A stretch of 64,000 nt of DNA from a virus, in IMG/VR virus record IMGVR_UViG_3300012956_000025; one strand, 5' to 3'. How positions within the stretch are numbered: position 1 is the first letter of the stretch; the number at the start of each line of letters is the position of its first letter. Below, piece by piece: positions 40,997-50,160 of this stretch. Under the pieces are notes generated by a model. The model was not told where the DNA came from and searched no databases. It saw only the letters and a list, made by a program, of their open reading frames with translations. The position numbers and the translations under genes were made by a program.

Positions 40997-41565
40997 TTTC
41001 TTTCTAATACGGGAAGTTTGTTAATAATTGCAAATTGTTTAAGTTCCTTAAGAATCTTATTATTACCAATATTTAGATTTGCATAACCAGCTTTATTAAT
41101 ATAAGCTGATTCTTTACCTAAGTATTCTTTGGCAAAAATATTAAGATTATCCAACCAAGCAGAGTGACATTTTATAAAAAGACAGCAGTCTTCCCTTTTA
41201 TACTGCTTTCCTATATAACCATCACCGTCAATAAATCCTATAAATAATGACTTTAATAAGTCACCTTTCACCTGTGAAATATCACAAGCTTTTTCCGTTT
41301 TGTTTTGTTCAATCTTAAATTTCTTACAAAAGTTTCTTATTGGAGATGTATCCATTATAGAAAATTCAGAGTATGTGGGATATTCTCTTAGAGTTTCAAC
41401 AGATAGAAAATTCTGAAGTTTAATTATATGGTCTTTGTCTTTGTTAGATAAAGCAACTTTTAACCTAACACCTTTTCCTATATGTCCATCAGCTAAGATA
41501 AAGCCTATCCAATAATAAGTAAGATTGTCCTCATTAAGAAGAACTGCACAATTTCCCTTTTTCAT
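40972..41565 (-). CDS. LAGLIDADG homing endonuclease (two motifs)
   Basis: YWIGFILADGH and FIGFIDGDGY; terminal LERKW. Confidence 0.88.
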   Translation of the reverse strand: MKKGNCAVLLNEDNLTYYWIGFILADGHIGKGVRLKVALSNKDKDHIIKLQNFLSVETLREYPTYSEFSIMDTSPIRNFCKKFKIEQNKTEKACDISQVKGDLLKSLFIGFIDGDGYIGKQYKREDCCLFIKCHSAWLDNLNIFAKEYLGKESAYINKAGYANLNIGNNKILKELKQFAIINKLPVLERKWKNINLE

Positions 41566-41583
41566 GATTGTAATATTGTACAG

Positions 41584-41615
41584 TAAATATACAATTTTCC
41601 AATCAAATTACCAAA
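41584..41615 (-). promoter_or_regulatory. Promoter TTTG-N20-TATATTTA for the LAGLIDADG gene
   Basis: Near-consensus Bacteroidota promoter. Confidence 0.55.
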
Positions 41616-41621
41616 TCTGTT

Positions 41622-42107
41622 TTATTCTTTATTTTCTAAAGGTATTAACAAATCAGGGTCTTTTCTCTTAGTATGAGCTCCCCCACATATCAAACAAAAA
41701 TCCTCATCTTTAAATGCAGGATAATAGTTATCACATCCACTACAATACTTACTTACTACCGTACCATGCTTATCTGCAGCTAATAGAGCAGCCTGTATAC
41801 CATCTCTATCATAAATTTGTTTTACTAACTGCTCAATTCCCTGCTTAGTATAGACTACGGTATAAGTCATATTATTACGCTTAAGCCAGTCAAAATCATA
41901 TTTACTCCAACCTGAATCAACTAAATCTAATCTACCGTAATAGTTTCTAGCCTTATGTCCCGATGAAGTTTCGTATAATAAACATGCTACATATTTTCTT
42001 TCTGACTTTCTTGTAGCATATATATTACCATCATCATCCTCAACTGTATAAATAAAACGGGGGTATTTTTCAAACCCCCTATCTTTTACTTTCAAAATAA
42101 ATCTCAT
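41622..42107 (-). CDS. Hypothetical protein with a C-terminal Zn ribbon
   Basis: CSGC..CLIC. Confidence 0.55.
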   Translation of the reverse strand: MRFILKVKDRGFEKYPRFIYTVEDDDGNIYATRKSERKYVACLLYETSSGHKARNYYGRLDLVDSGWSKYDFDWLKRNNMTYTVVYTKQGIEQLVKQIYDRDGIQAALLAADKHGTVVSKYCSGCDNYYPAFKDEDFCLICGGAHTKRKDPDLLIPLENKE

Positions 42108-42108
42108 A

Positions 42109-42894
42109 CTATAATTTTAGTTTCTTAATATAAGAGGATATTACTTCATTTTCCCTCTTAAATGCCTCATATCCTCTGCTATCACACCATTTATCAGACA
42201 TTCTAGCATTATTTAACTTAATTTGAGTTTCTAAAGCTACCTTAGCTAAATCTTTTATTAAAAATCTATCTTCCATATATCCGGGCAAATCTGCATACCT
42301 TATCACCTTTAGAAGAGGTAGATGATTCTCCAAATCAATCAACTCTACACCCGCAATTTTGCAGCTCTCTTCTAGCCTCGACTGGTCTCCATCATCACCT
42401 ATCGTTTTCTCTATCTCTAGATTCAGATTTCCGGAAAAAGCATCATCAATTACCTGATTTGCAATTTCCCCTGCCATAAATACCTCAAGAAAAGTATTAT
42501 AAGGAATTTCCTTCATTCTATCAATAATATTATACATATTATAGAACATATTATATGTTCCTGAATTTAGATGCGTAGTATAATTTCCAACTGTATAATT
42601 AATATTAGTGTTCTTTTTATTTTTCCAGTCTAAGCTCTTTGAAACATATATACTCTGATAGCTACAAACTATAGTTCCTTCAGCAGTAGCATGCTTGTGT
42701 TCTTCATACCTCTCAATCTTTTCGATATAAACTGCTTTGTGATATGATGCTTTTGATTTCTGACGGAACTTAGATGTAGCAAAACATTTACCAACATATT
42801 CCTGTATTAGTTGATTCATCTCCTTTGTTTCCGTATCATATCTTTCCTTCTTTTCCAAGGCTTTTGCTTGGACCATTAATTGTGCACTATTCAT
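42109..42894 (-). CDS. Hypothetical protein
   Basis: 261-aa ORF in the operon. Confidence 0.6.
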   Translation of the reverse strand: MNSAQLMVQAKALEKKERYDTETKEMNQLIQEYVGKCFATSKFRQKSKASYHKAVYIEKIERYEEHKHATAEGTIVCSYQSIYVSKSLDWKNKKNTNINYTVGNYTTHLNSGTYNMFYNMYNIIDRMKEIPYNTFLEVFMAGEIANQVIDDAFSGNLNLEIEKTIGDDGDQSRLEESCKIAGVELIDLENHLPLLKVIRYADLPGYMEDRFLIKDLAKVALETQIKLNNARMSDKWCDSRGYEAFKRENEVISSYIKKLKL

Positions 42895-42903
42895 AATTTT
42901 TAG

Positions 42904-43647
42904 TTAAAATGGAGGCTGAGTAACTTCATCCCACTTATCTTTATCCCAATAAATAGTATATCCATTATTCTCTCCAAGGATTTTGTTAATCATCTTAAAG
43001 ACTCCTTTATCATCCCAATCTGTATTACTATGTGCTGCTGCTGCAGGATGTGCCAATTTAAATATCTTACAGAAAGGATTAATATATCTCTCCATCCTTA
43101 ATGAAGCCTTTCCACACAACACATAAACTATTCCTGTATCACTACCAACCACATTCTCCAAGAAGTATTTCTGGAAAGGTTCCCACAACCCCTCATGAGA
43201 TTGAGTTTTATTTAGCTTACAGGTTAAATCTGTATTTAGTAACATAACTCCCTGCTGGTGAAGATATTCTAAGGATGGACTATAATTTACCTTCTTTCCT
43301 TCACTTCTGCTAATAGCATTATACCATTGAGTAAGAGAAGGTTGTAATTTACCATCAGGACTATTACTACAGTCCATAGCAATTCCAGTTGCCTGAAATT
43401 TACCATTGCTGTACTTCCTAGGATATGGGTCCATTAGATAAAATACAACCTTTAATTGGGAAGGAGATGTGGTAGCAAATGCTCTAAAAGTATCTGTACT
43501 GGAAGGAACAATTGTTTCCTTTATACTATCCGCTTTTATTTTCTGCATTATATTCCACATCTCCTCTCCCTCTATAAAAGGCTTGAATTTATCCGCCCAT
43601 CCTCCAAACTTCCCTGCAAAACTGTTAAAATCAAGCTTTTCTGTCAT
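42904..43647 (-). CDS. ung: Uracil-DNA glycosylase (family 1-like)
   Basis: LKVVFYLMDPYP, ATGIA, QGVMLLNTDLT, SHEGLW, HPAA. Confidence 0.85.
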   Translation of the reverse strand: MTEKLDFNSFAGKFGGWADKFKPFIEGEEMWNIMQKIKADSIKETIVPSSTDTFRAFATTSPSQLKVVFYLMDPYPRKYSNGKFQATGIAMDCSNSPDGKLQPSLTQWYNAISRSEGKKVNYSPSLEYLHQQGVMLLNTDLTCKLNKTQSHEGLWEPFQKYFLENVVGSDTGIVYVLCGKASLRMERYINPFCKIFKLAHPAAAAHSNTDWDDKGVFKMINKILGENNGYTIYWDKDKWDEVTQPPF

Positions 43648-43648
43648 A

Positions 43649-44035
43649 TTAATACCATATTAAGTTATCACTTACTGCATGTCCTTTTTCACCTAAGAAG
43701 TACTTAGAACCTTTGGGAATTACCATTTGTACAATTTGTCTTCCGCAAATTGCCATACGCTTTGCACATCTTTTATCTATAAATGAATGAAGACCTTGAT
43801 TAACTCTTATTTCCCATTGATTTGGTCTAAAGTTTACTATACTTGTACCAAGAGCTCTCTTTCCTTCATTATAATAATGATAACCTTTTTCATAAATAAA
43901 AGAACGGTATGGGGCTTGTCCACTTGGACATATAACTTTATATACAGTTATATCTTTTTTAGCAATAAGAGGATTTCTTGCAAATTCTCTTGCTTCTCTT
44001 CTTGTACGAAAGATTTCTTTTACGTTAAGACACAT
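43649..44035 (-). CDS. Hypothetical protein, paralog of 47100..47495
   Basis: IAKKDITVYK, GLHSF, IPKGSKY. Confidence 0.65.
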   Translation of the reverse strand: MCLNVKEIFRTRREAREFARNPLIAKKDITVYKVICPSGQAPYRSFIYEKGYHYYNEGKRALGTSIVNFRPNQWEIRVNQGLHSFIDKRCAKRMAICGRQIVQMVIPKGSKYFLGEKGHAVSDNLIWY

Positions 44036-44474
44036 TTTCTTTATTTTTATTAATTATATCAATAAATTCCTGAGGAAGATATACATTCTCCATATCTATA
44101 CATTCAGCAAACAACGGAGCTATTTCCTCAGCAGTGTAACCTGCTAATCCACAACCTATTTTTGTAACGTAGATTTTTGTACCATCACTAATACTATAAT
44201 ATTTATTAGATTGATATACCATTTTGACAAATGCAATAAATCTATCTACATAGAACTTAATAGTCTGTAAATCAAGCTGTTGTATTGTCCAGTCTTTCGT
44301 TGGGATAGCAAACGTATTCCCATTTAATCCAAATCCTTGGCCTAACACAGCACCTATTGACCTAGCAAACTTTGCAGCTCCTGCACCATGTATTCCACTT
44401 TCATTACTTCCAAATACAAATATATCATATTCTGTTATATCTTTCTCTGTTAAATTTTCAGGTGTTATTCTCAT
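44025..44474 (-). CDS. Macrodomain-like (A1pp-related) protein
   Basis: IFVFGSNESGIHGAGAA, FAIPTK, VTKIGCGLAGY, IAPLF. Confidence 0.75.
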   Translation of the reverse strand: MRITPENLTEKDITEYDIFVFGSNESGIHGAGAAKFARSIGAVLGQGFGLNGNTFAIPTKDWTIQQLDLQTIKFYVDRFIAFVKMVYQSNKYYSISDGTKIYVTKIGCGLAGYTAEEIAPLFAECIDMENVYLPQEFIDIINKNKENVS

Positions 44475-44632
44475 TTACAAAACTTTTTTAATTGTGATAA
44501 ACTCATCTCTAGAATGGACACTATGTAATCTTGCTTAGTGGGATTTTTTCCCTTTACGTAAGAGTTTATTTTATTTTCTGCAGCGGTTTTTGTTTTCCTT
44601 TTCAGGAATGGATTTGTATTCCAAGTTATCAT
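44471..44632 (-). CDS. 53-aa hypothetical protein (not in the ORF track)
   Basis: MITWNTNPFLKRK...LKKFCK*; ATGA overlaps at both ends. Confidence 0.55.
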   Translation of the reverse strand: MITWNTNPFLKRKTKTAAENKINSYVKGKNPTKQDYIVSILEMSLSQLKKFCK

Positions 44633-44916
44633 ATAATCGAATTGATTTGTTGAATTTTGATTAATTGTCCTACTTTTAAGAGCATTTCTCCCATTTTACC
44701 TATAGCACCATCCCAACCATCTTCTTTATAGATAATAAGAGCCCAATCTCTTTCTTGGGTAGCCTTCTCATGCCTTAATCGCATCCAGCCTCCATCCTTC
44801 AACCATTGTTGACTTTCCACTTCAAATCCTAGTAGAATAGCCACTTCTTCAATTTTCTTATCTAATGCCATAAATATTAACTTAAATATTTTATTCTTCT
44901 TCTTCATCATCATCAA
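44629..44916 (-). CDS. Hypothetical protein
   Basis: True start probably MALDKK. Confidence 0.5.
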   Translation of the reverse strand: MMMMKKKNKIFKLIFMALDKKIEEVAILLGFEVESQQWLKDGGWMRLRHEKATQERDWALIIYKEDGWDGAIGKMGEMLLKVGQLIKIQQINSII

Positions 44917-45100
44917 AAGGTACTACATCAGTTAGTCGATAACCATGAATGCTTTTAACTTCCTCTGCTAATTCTTCCCATGCTTCATCTTCTGTTTTTG
45001 CATCTATTACTACCATTCTAGAGGTATTCTTGTGAGTGAATTCAAATGTTGTCATATTTATTAATTTATAAAATGTGGTATAAATCCTCCCTGAGTACAT
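44891..45100 (-). CDS. Small acidic hypothetical protein
   Basis: True start probably MTTFEF; VIDAKTEDEAWE. Confidence 0.5.
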   Translation of the reverse strand: MYSGRIYTTFYKLINMTTFEFTHKNTSRMVVIDAKTEDEAWEELAEEVKSIHGYRLTDVVPFDDDEEEE

Positions 45101-45759
45101 CCGGGAACAGGTATCATATTATCTCCTGACTGGTCACAGAATGCCATTTCCTTTATCTGCTGATAAAAGTAACTTTTATGAGCTAAAGGTACTGTATCTG
45201 GATTAACTAGTATATGATAGCCCCCTCTTGTCTCAAGAAACTTTACCTCTGCTTCTTTTCCTACCTTATTATATATTTGCTCCTTTAGATAGTGAGGATA
45301 ATCTGGTGATGCTCCTTTTGTATCAATATCAAAATCTATCCAGCAAGTTCTACTTTTGGACTTCTGTATCTCTGACATAGCCTCCTGATGGGGATTCATA
45401 GATATATTTTGGTCACGTATGCTTTTGGCTAGTTTGACCATAGTATTTATTGTAGCCTTATACATATCTCTTGGGTTGGGAGTAATGTATAGAGCTAAAG
45501 CTAGTTCTGGAACAGTTACCTGTTTTTGTTTATAACACCCTATTTCTACTTCTAACTGCTTGATTTTCTGGAACATACGTTCTTTATCACTAACAAATCT
45601 CTTCAGTTGAGCTTTATCACTCTTAATATGAGTTAATTCCTTACAGTATTTATTTCTTGCAAATAAGCATAAATAATACTTTTCTGTCTGCCTTAGTTCA
45701 GGTAGCCAGTCGATGAAGGATTTCAACACCGTTTCATCTTTAACTATTTGATAATTCAT
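45061..45759 (-). CDS. AEP (primase-polymerase)-like protein
   Basis: IDFDID and ETRGGYH resemble AEP motifs I and II. Confidence 0.55.
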   Translation of the reverse strand: MNYQIVKDETVLKSFIDWLPELRQTEKYYLCLFARNKYCKELTHIKSDKAQLKRFVSDKERMFQKIKQLEVEIGCYKQKQVTVPELALALYITPNPRDMYKATINTMVKLAKSIRDQNISMNPHQEAMSEIQKSKSRTCWIDFDIDTKGASPDYPHYLKEQIYNKVGKEAEVKFLETRGGYHILVNPDTVPLAHKSYFYQQIKEMAFCDQSGDNMIPVPGCTQGGFIPHFIN

Positions 45760-46058
45760 ATATGTCTGATTTCTATTACATTATCTTTTATTAGCTGTTC
45801 AACTGCCTCTTTACAGTGTCTTTTAGCAATCTTCCAGTTTTCATGTGCATATGCTCCGGAGTTATTGCTTATGTCTCTATATATGTCAGATATAAATTTA
45901 CTGCATAGAGCTGATACAAGGTCTCCTCTTTTTATATAGACAACTTTACCTACATCAAGGATTTTTCCATTGTAAAAGGGTATATAAAGTTTGTTAGAAC
46001 GCTTATGAACTCTCTCTATTGCAAGCTTTCCAATTTCTAAATATTTAGGGTCAATCAT
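45756..46058 (-). CDS. Hypothetical protein
   Basis: ATGA-coupled on both sides. Confidence 0.5.
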   Translation of the reverse strand: MIDPKYLEIGKLAIERVHKRSNKLYIPFYNGKILDVGKVVYIKRGDLVSALCSKFISDIYRDISNNSGAYAHENWKIAKRHCKEAVEQLIKDNVIEIRHI

Positions 46059-47089
46059 ATTAGCTTTTTTCTTTTAAAGTGATTAATAACTAATTCCATG
46101 TCATGATACCAACATAAGTCAGCAAAGTCTGTACATTTAGGTTCCTCAGAAAAATATTTATCAGGAACGTTTATATGCTTAAATTGATGCTCCTTAGTTA
46201 GCCACCAACTAAATTCCTTACCCTTCTTGTCGTTATCAGATATAATATACCTATTGGGTACAGCTTTATACTTATCTAGTACCTCTTGAGATATACATGC
46301 AGGGTCTTCAGCCTGAACATCAGCTATACAATTAGTTTGTAGAGCAGTCATTAGAACCATTCTATCTTTCTTGGATTTAGCCATAAATACTCTATCACAA
46401 GAAGGATGAATTCCCTGTAAATTATCTACATAATCAAACGGAACATTACTATCCCACTTCCATTGATTTATATGAGTACTTTCTGTCTTTTTAGGAGCAA
46501 ATGGTCGATATATTTTCCATCTATCTATATCCTCATAATGATATCCAAATGTTAATAAATCTCCCATAGGCACTTTCTTCCTATTTCTCCATATTTCCTT
46601 TGGTTGATAGATATTCTCTCTTTTTAAATCACTTTCTCCTTGTTTAAGTCTGGCCCAATAATCTAATCCTGCCTTAGACATTTTTGAGTAATATACAACC
46701 TGAATAAGAGGAGGTCTCTTAATTTCTATATCTGGTTTTTCCCAAACAATAACTTTAGGTTTACTATCTGTTCTGATACCCGAAGATAGCCCTAAACCAA
46801 AATCTCTGTCTATAATACGGAGAGCTGTCTGAAAATCACAACTATGTATCTTTTTAACAAAAGCAAATGCATCACCTCTCCAACTATAATCTCCGAAGTC
46901 TTTATGTGTCAATTCATTACTAATCTTATTACCTATGATAAGGGAAGGGTCTTTTTCCCCACGATGTCTATTTACACAAGGTCTGTTTACGGTAAAAGGA
47001 CCCTGATAAAAACGATAAATATCATAAGTAGATACTCTTTCTAAGATTGCCTCTTTCGTAAGAGTTTGCTTAACTTTTCCCTTAATCAT
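46055..47089 (-). CDS. DNA primase (DnaG-like, TOPRIM)
   Basis: HRGEKDPS, KDFG..GDAFAFV, WKIYRP, AKSKKD, SDNDKKG, TDFAD. Confidence 0.8.
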   Translation of the reverse strand: MIKGKVKQTLTKEAILERVSTYDIYRFYQGPFTVNRPCVNRHRGEKDPSLIIGNKISNELTHKDFGDYSWRGDAFAFVKKIHSCDFQTALRIIDRDFGLGLSSGIRTDSKPKVIVWEKPDIEIKRPPLIQVVYYSKMSKAGLDYWARLKQGESDLKRENIYQPKEIWRNRKKVPMGDLLTFGYHYEDIDRWKIYRPFAPKKTESTHINQWKWDSNVPFDYVDNLQGIHPSCDRVFMAKSKKDRMVLMTALQTNCIADVQAEDPACISQEVLDKYKAVPNRYIISDNDKKGKEFSWWLTKEHQFKHINVPDKYFSEEPKCTDFADLCWYHDMELVINHFKRKKLI

Positions 47090-47099
47090 ATAGTAATAT

Positions 47100-47495
47100 T
47101 TATTTCTTTCTTATCCTAACTGGTGTATCTTGATAAAGATAACATCTATCAGACACTATTTGTGTATCATTTATATAATAATACGCCCCTTTGGGTATAC
47201 ACATTTTATATAACCTCCAGCTACCTACCTCATAGCTATCATTTCTAAACTGCACAGCATCTTGTATAGAAAGCAAACTATGAAAACCATAATCAATTGT
47301 TTTTTTATTACCATTCATTGTTTTTGGAAAGTTACGTTCTCTAAATAACTTTCCCTTTTCCCACTTAAAAGCACCTCTAAATACAGAATGTAAATTCTTA
47401 GTATATTTGCTTCTTACTAGCCATTTATATACAATTATATCTTTTTCGGCTATATTTGCACGAACTTTGTCATAAGGTTTTCTTGTAAAACACAT
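47100..47495 (-). CDS. Hypothetical protein, paralog of 43649..44035
   Basis: Probable start MCFTRK; IAEKDIIVYK, GFHSL, IPKGAYY. Confidence 0.65.
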   Translation of the reverse strand: MCFTRKPYDKVRANIAEKDIIVYKWLVRSKYTKNLHSVFRGAFKWEKGKLFRERNFPKTMNGNKKTIDYGFHSLLSIQDAVQFRNDSYEVGSWRLYKMCIPKGAYYYINDTQIVSDRCYLYQDTPVRIRKK

Positions 47496-47526
47496 AATAA
47501 TTAATTTAGTAATAAAAATTTTTAAC

Positions 47527-47557
47527 AAAAAAGGAGAGCACATTTCTGTACTCTCCT
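47527..47557 (-). terminator. Intrinsic terminator after the ssb-like gene
   Basis: AGGAGAG/CTCTCCT stem plus a T run on the minus strand. Confidence 0.65.
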
Positions 47558-47582
47558 CTGTTAATTAATGAATAATAAATCT

Positions 47583-48518
47583 TTAGTAATCACTTGATGT
47601 TGGAGCAGGTACTTCTTTAGCAGTTCTCATACCACCAGAAATGTCCTTACTTTCATCATATTCCTTGAGAGGAACTAATTCAGTATAGCCATCAAATCCA
47701 TAATCTCCTGTTACTTCTTCCTTGAATTTCTTCCAGACTTTCTTTGTATATTCAGAGCTGAATTTTGGTCCATTCTCACCTCCATTATTAATATACTTCA
47801 TAAAGCTATCTGACAAGAATCCTTTACCCCATACTTGTTGATACTTTTTACTAGAGTCATTTTCATCAGTCTTGACTCCAAGTAACACAACAAAAGGTGT
47901 ATCATATCCTTCTCCTGTAAATTCATCATTTTCATCAAGAGAAATCAATTCTCTAAGCTCTTTATAATTCTGCTTAAACAGCTTTTTGGTATCAATTAAT
48001 ACCTCTGTTTCAGCATCCATAAAGTTAAGCTTACCAAGCCAGCTTCTTAACAAGGAACCTAATTCTTCTTCACCAGCTAATGCTTTTCTCCACTTTTTAG
48101 GTCCAAGAACCTGATTTTCTCTATCAGTAAAATTAAGGAACCAATTAGGAATTGCAGTCTCATCTACCTTTCCGTTTTCATCAACAGGAACCCATGTTGT
48201 AGTACATGTACTATTGATTATCTGTACTTTGGTATTATCCTTATTTCTTCTCTCTTTATTTGTAAGATTGAAGGAATAGGGAAAGAGTTGCTGTGTTTTG
48301 GTATCTTTCAGCCAGAAAGACAATCTAAGTCTTTCATTGTTCTCTTGGTCTTCTCCAAGATATACCATCTCCTTATCATCAGGAGAATCCTCTTTTCCAA
48401 CTAACTTATTAATTTCCTCTCTTGAGGGATTTACTGCTACTACTTTTACAGTAGTAAAGCCTACATAAAACTTCTTTACAAAATCATTGACTTCTTTCTG
48501 TTTACCTTTTACTGACAT
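47583..48518 (-). CDS. Putative single-stranded DNA-binding protein
   Basis: YVG...VVAVNPSREE; lies between the AAA ATPase and primase; acidic C-terminal region. Confidence 0.55.
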   Translation of the reverse strand: MSVKGKQKEVNDFVKKFYVGFTTVKVVAVNPSREEINKLVGKEDSPDDKEMVYLGEDQENNERLRLSFWLKDTKTQQLFPYSFNLTNKERRNKDNTKVQIINSTCTTTWVPVDENGKVDETAIPNWFLNFTDRENQVLGPKKWRKALAGEEELGSLLRSWLGKLNFMDAETEVLIDTKKLFKQNYKELRELISLDENDEFTGEGYDTPFVVLLGVKTDENDSSKKYQQVWGKGFLSDSFMKYINNGGENGPKFSSEYTKKVWKKFKEEVTGDYGFDGYTELVPLKEYDESKDISGGMRTAKEVPAPTSSDY

Positions 48519-48582
48519 ATCATCTTTTTTTAGATTGCTACTTCATTGTAGCCGAGGCCCTGTAAAAGGGCACTTAATCTTA

Positions 48583-48614
48583 TAAAGATAGATTTTATAT
48601 AGGAAATTACCAAA
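48583..48614 (-). promoter_or_regulatory. Promoter TTTG-N20-TATCTTTA
   Basis: Near-consensus Bacteroidota promoter upstream of the ssb-like gene. Confidence 0.55.
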
Positions 48615-48615
48615 T

Positions 48616-49176
48616 TTATTTCACATTATACTTAACTCCTTTGAGAATCAACCAGTTAATGGTACGTGGGTCAACTAAACGCTGACGTGTATCATAATCC
48701 TTGGATAAATCTCTTGTTTCTTCCATATCAATAAAACGAACTCTTCCAAATTCGTCCTGACTACCATAATGTCTTCCTACCATTGTTCTTTCTTCACCAA
48801 CTAAAGCATCACTTACTGCAGTAGCAATTCTCTTCTTAAACTCTGCCTCACTGAGAATCTTACCTCCCTTATTAGGATATAAAGCATACAACTGCTTTTT
48901 AACCTCATCTTCCTTTACCTGCTTGTTGTAGTTTACTGTCAATGCAACATTTGTAGATGAGAGGAAAAGATTAGTAATATCTGTTTTACTCATTGTCTTC
49001 TCATCATTATACTGGTCAGCTGACACCAAACACTTTTCTACATATGTGGGATTAACATTGATTAATTCCCCTAAATCAGTTCTGAGCAATACATCATTAT
49101 TCTTTACCTGCTCTACAACATAATACTGTGTTTCACTTAATTTAGAACCTGTTTTTAATTTTTTAAAGTCTGCCAT
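48616..49176 (-). CDS. Hypothetical phage protein
   Basis: Probable start MADFKK; RQRLVDPRTINWLI. Confidence 0.65.
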   Translation of the reverse strand: MADFKKLKTGSKLSETQYYVVEQVKNNDVLLRTDLGELINVNPTYVEKCLVSADQYNDEKTMSKTDITNLFLSSTNVALTVNYNKQVKEDEVKKQLYALYPNKGGKILSEAEFKKRIATAVSDALVGEERTMVGRHYGSQDEFGRVRFIDMEETRDLSKDYDTRQRLVDPRTINWLILKGVKYNVK

Positions 49177-49198
49177 ATTTCTTTTTTTTTTATATTTT

Positions 49199-50002
49199 TT
49201 AGTTTTTTTCTTCAATAAAGATTTTGTTCCAGTCAGCCACATCATTATATCCCTGCAAGTGAGGACACCTATTTCCACCAACTCTTTCCTCATTTCCAGT
49301 GAAATTAACCTTAACTACCCCTTCATCATTGTAAACATAGCCAATACCATCTACCTTTCTTGGAAGGATATCTCTTACCTTACCTGTTAAAGAAAGCTGT
49401 TTAGGAGCTACTACTTCTGTATTTTCCTTAGTTGCCAGATATTTATCTTCTACATGACATACATAAAATACACATTTTTTTGCTGCTCTCTTAAACTTCT
49501 CAAACATACGCAAGGTATCTTCCCTTGACCATCTATACCCAAACCCCTGTCCTAATGTATGAACAGATTGGTAGTCTTCAGATTTAGGAGATAATGCGTT
49601 TCCTGCATCATCTCTATTAAATTTCTGACCCTGTGTGGTATTCATATACCTATATGTACCACTCCACTCAGCCCACTCATTTACCTCACTAAATGTATCA
49701 ATTGCTATATAATCATAAGGACATCCTTGTGCAATAAGGTAATCTGCAAATTCCTCAAGCCACCTCATTTTCCCTACCGGACCTCTATCATCAGGAACTT
49801 TTTTAATTAATCCCTTAATCTTATTTGTTCCATTTTCAGTATCAATAATTAAACAACCGGGAAGTTTTGACAGGAGAGTGGTTTTACCACATTTGGGCAA
49901 TCCAAATAGGATACAACTCTCCATGTTTACTGTAGGGTTACTTAATTCTGTAGGTAGTTCAAATTCATTCTTTTTTTCTGGTAATGTCATTGCTTTTGCC
50001 AT
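49199..50002 (-). CDS. AAA_24 / Sak4-like ATPase
   Basis: FGLPKCGKTT, IIDTENG, IAIDTFS, VCHVED. Confidence 0.8.
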   Translation of the reverse strand: MAKAMTLPEKKNEFELPTELSNPTVNMESCILFGLPKCGKTTLLSKLPGCLIIDTENGTNKIKGLIKKVPDDRGPVGKMRWLEEFADYLIAQGCPYDYIAIDTFSEVNEWAEWSGTYRYMNTTQGQKFNRDDAGNALSPKSEDYQSVHTLGQGFGYRWSREDTLRMFEKFKRAAKKCVFYVCHVEDKYLATKENTEVVAPKQLSLTGKVRDILPRKVDGIGYVYNDEGVVKVNFTGNEERVGGNRCPHLQGYNDVADWNKIFIEEKN

Positions 50003-50160
50003 ATATTTGTTAGTATTTTACATCCTCTAAAGTATCCCATCTCCACAACTGATTTCGATTTTTCTCAATCAGTCTGAATCCACAAAACGTGGGATAAACA
50101 GTAGACAAATATACAACTTTTTTCTGTTTTTTCCTTCTTTTTCTTGGCATTTTCCAGAAT

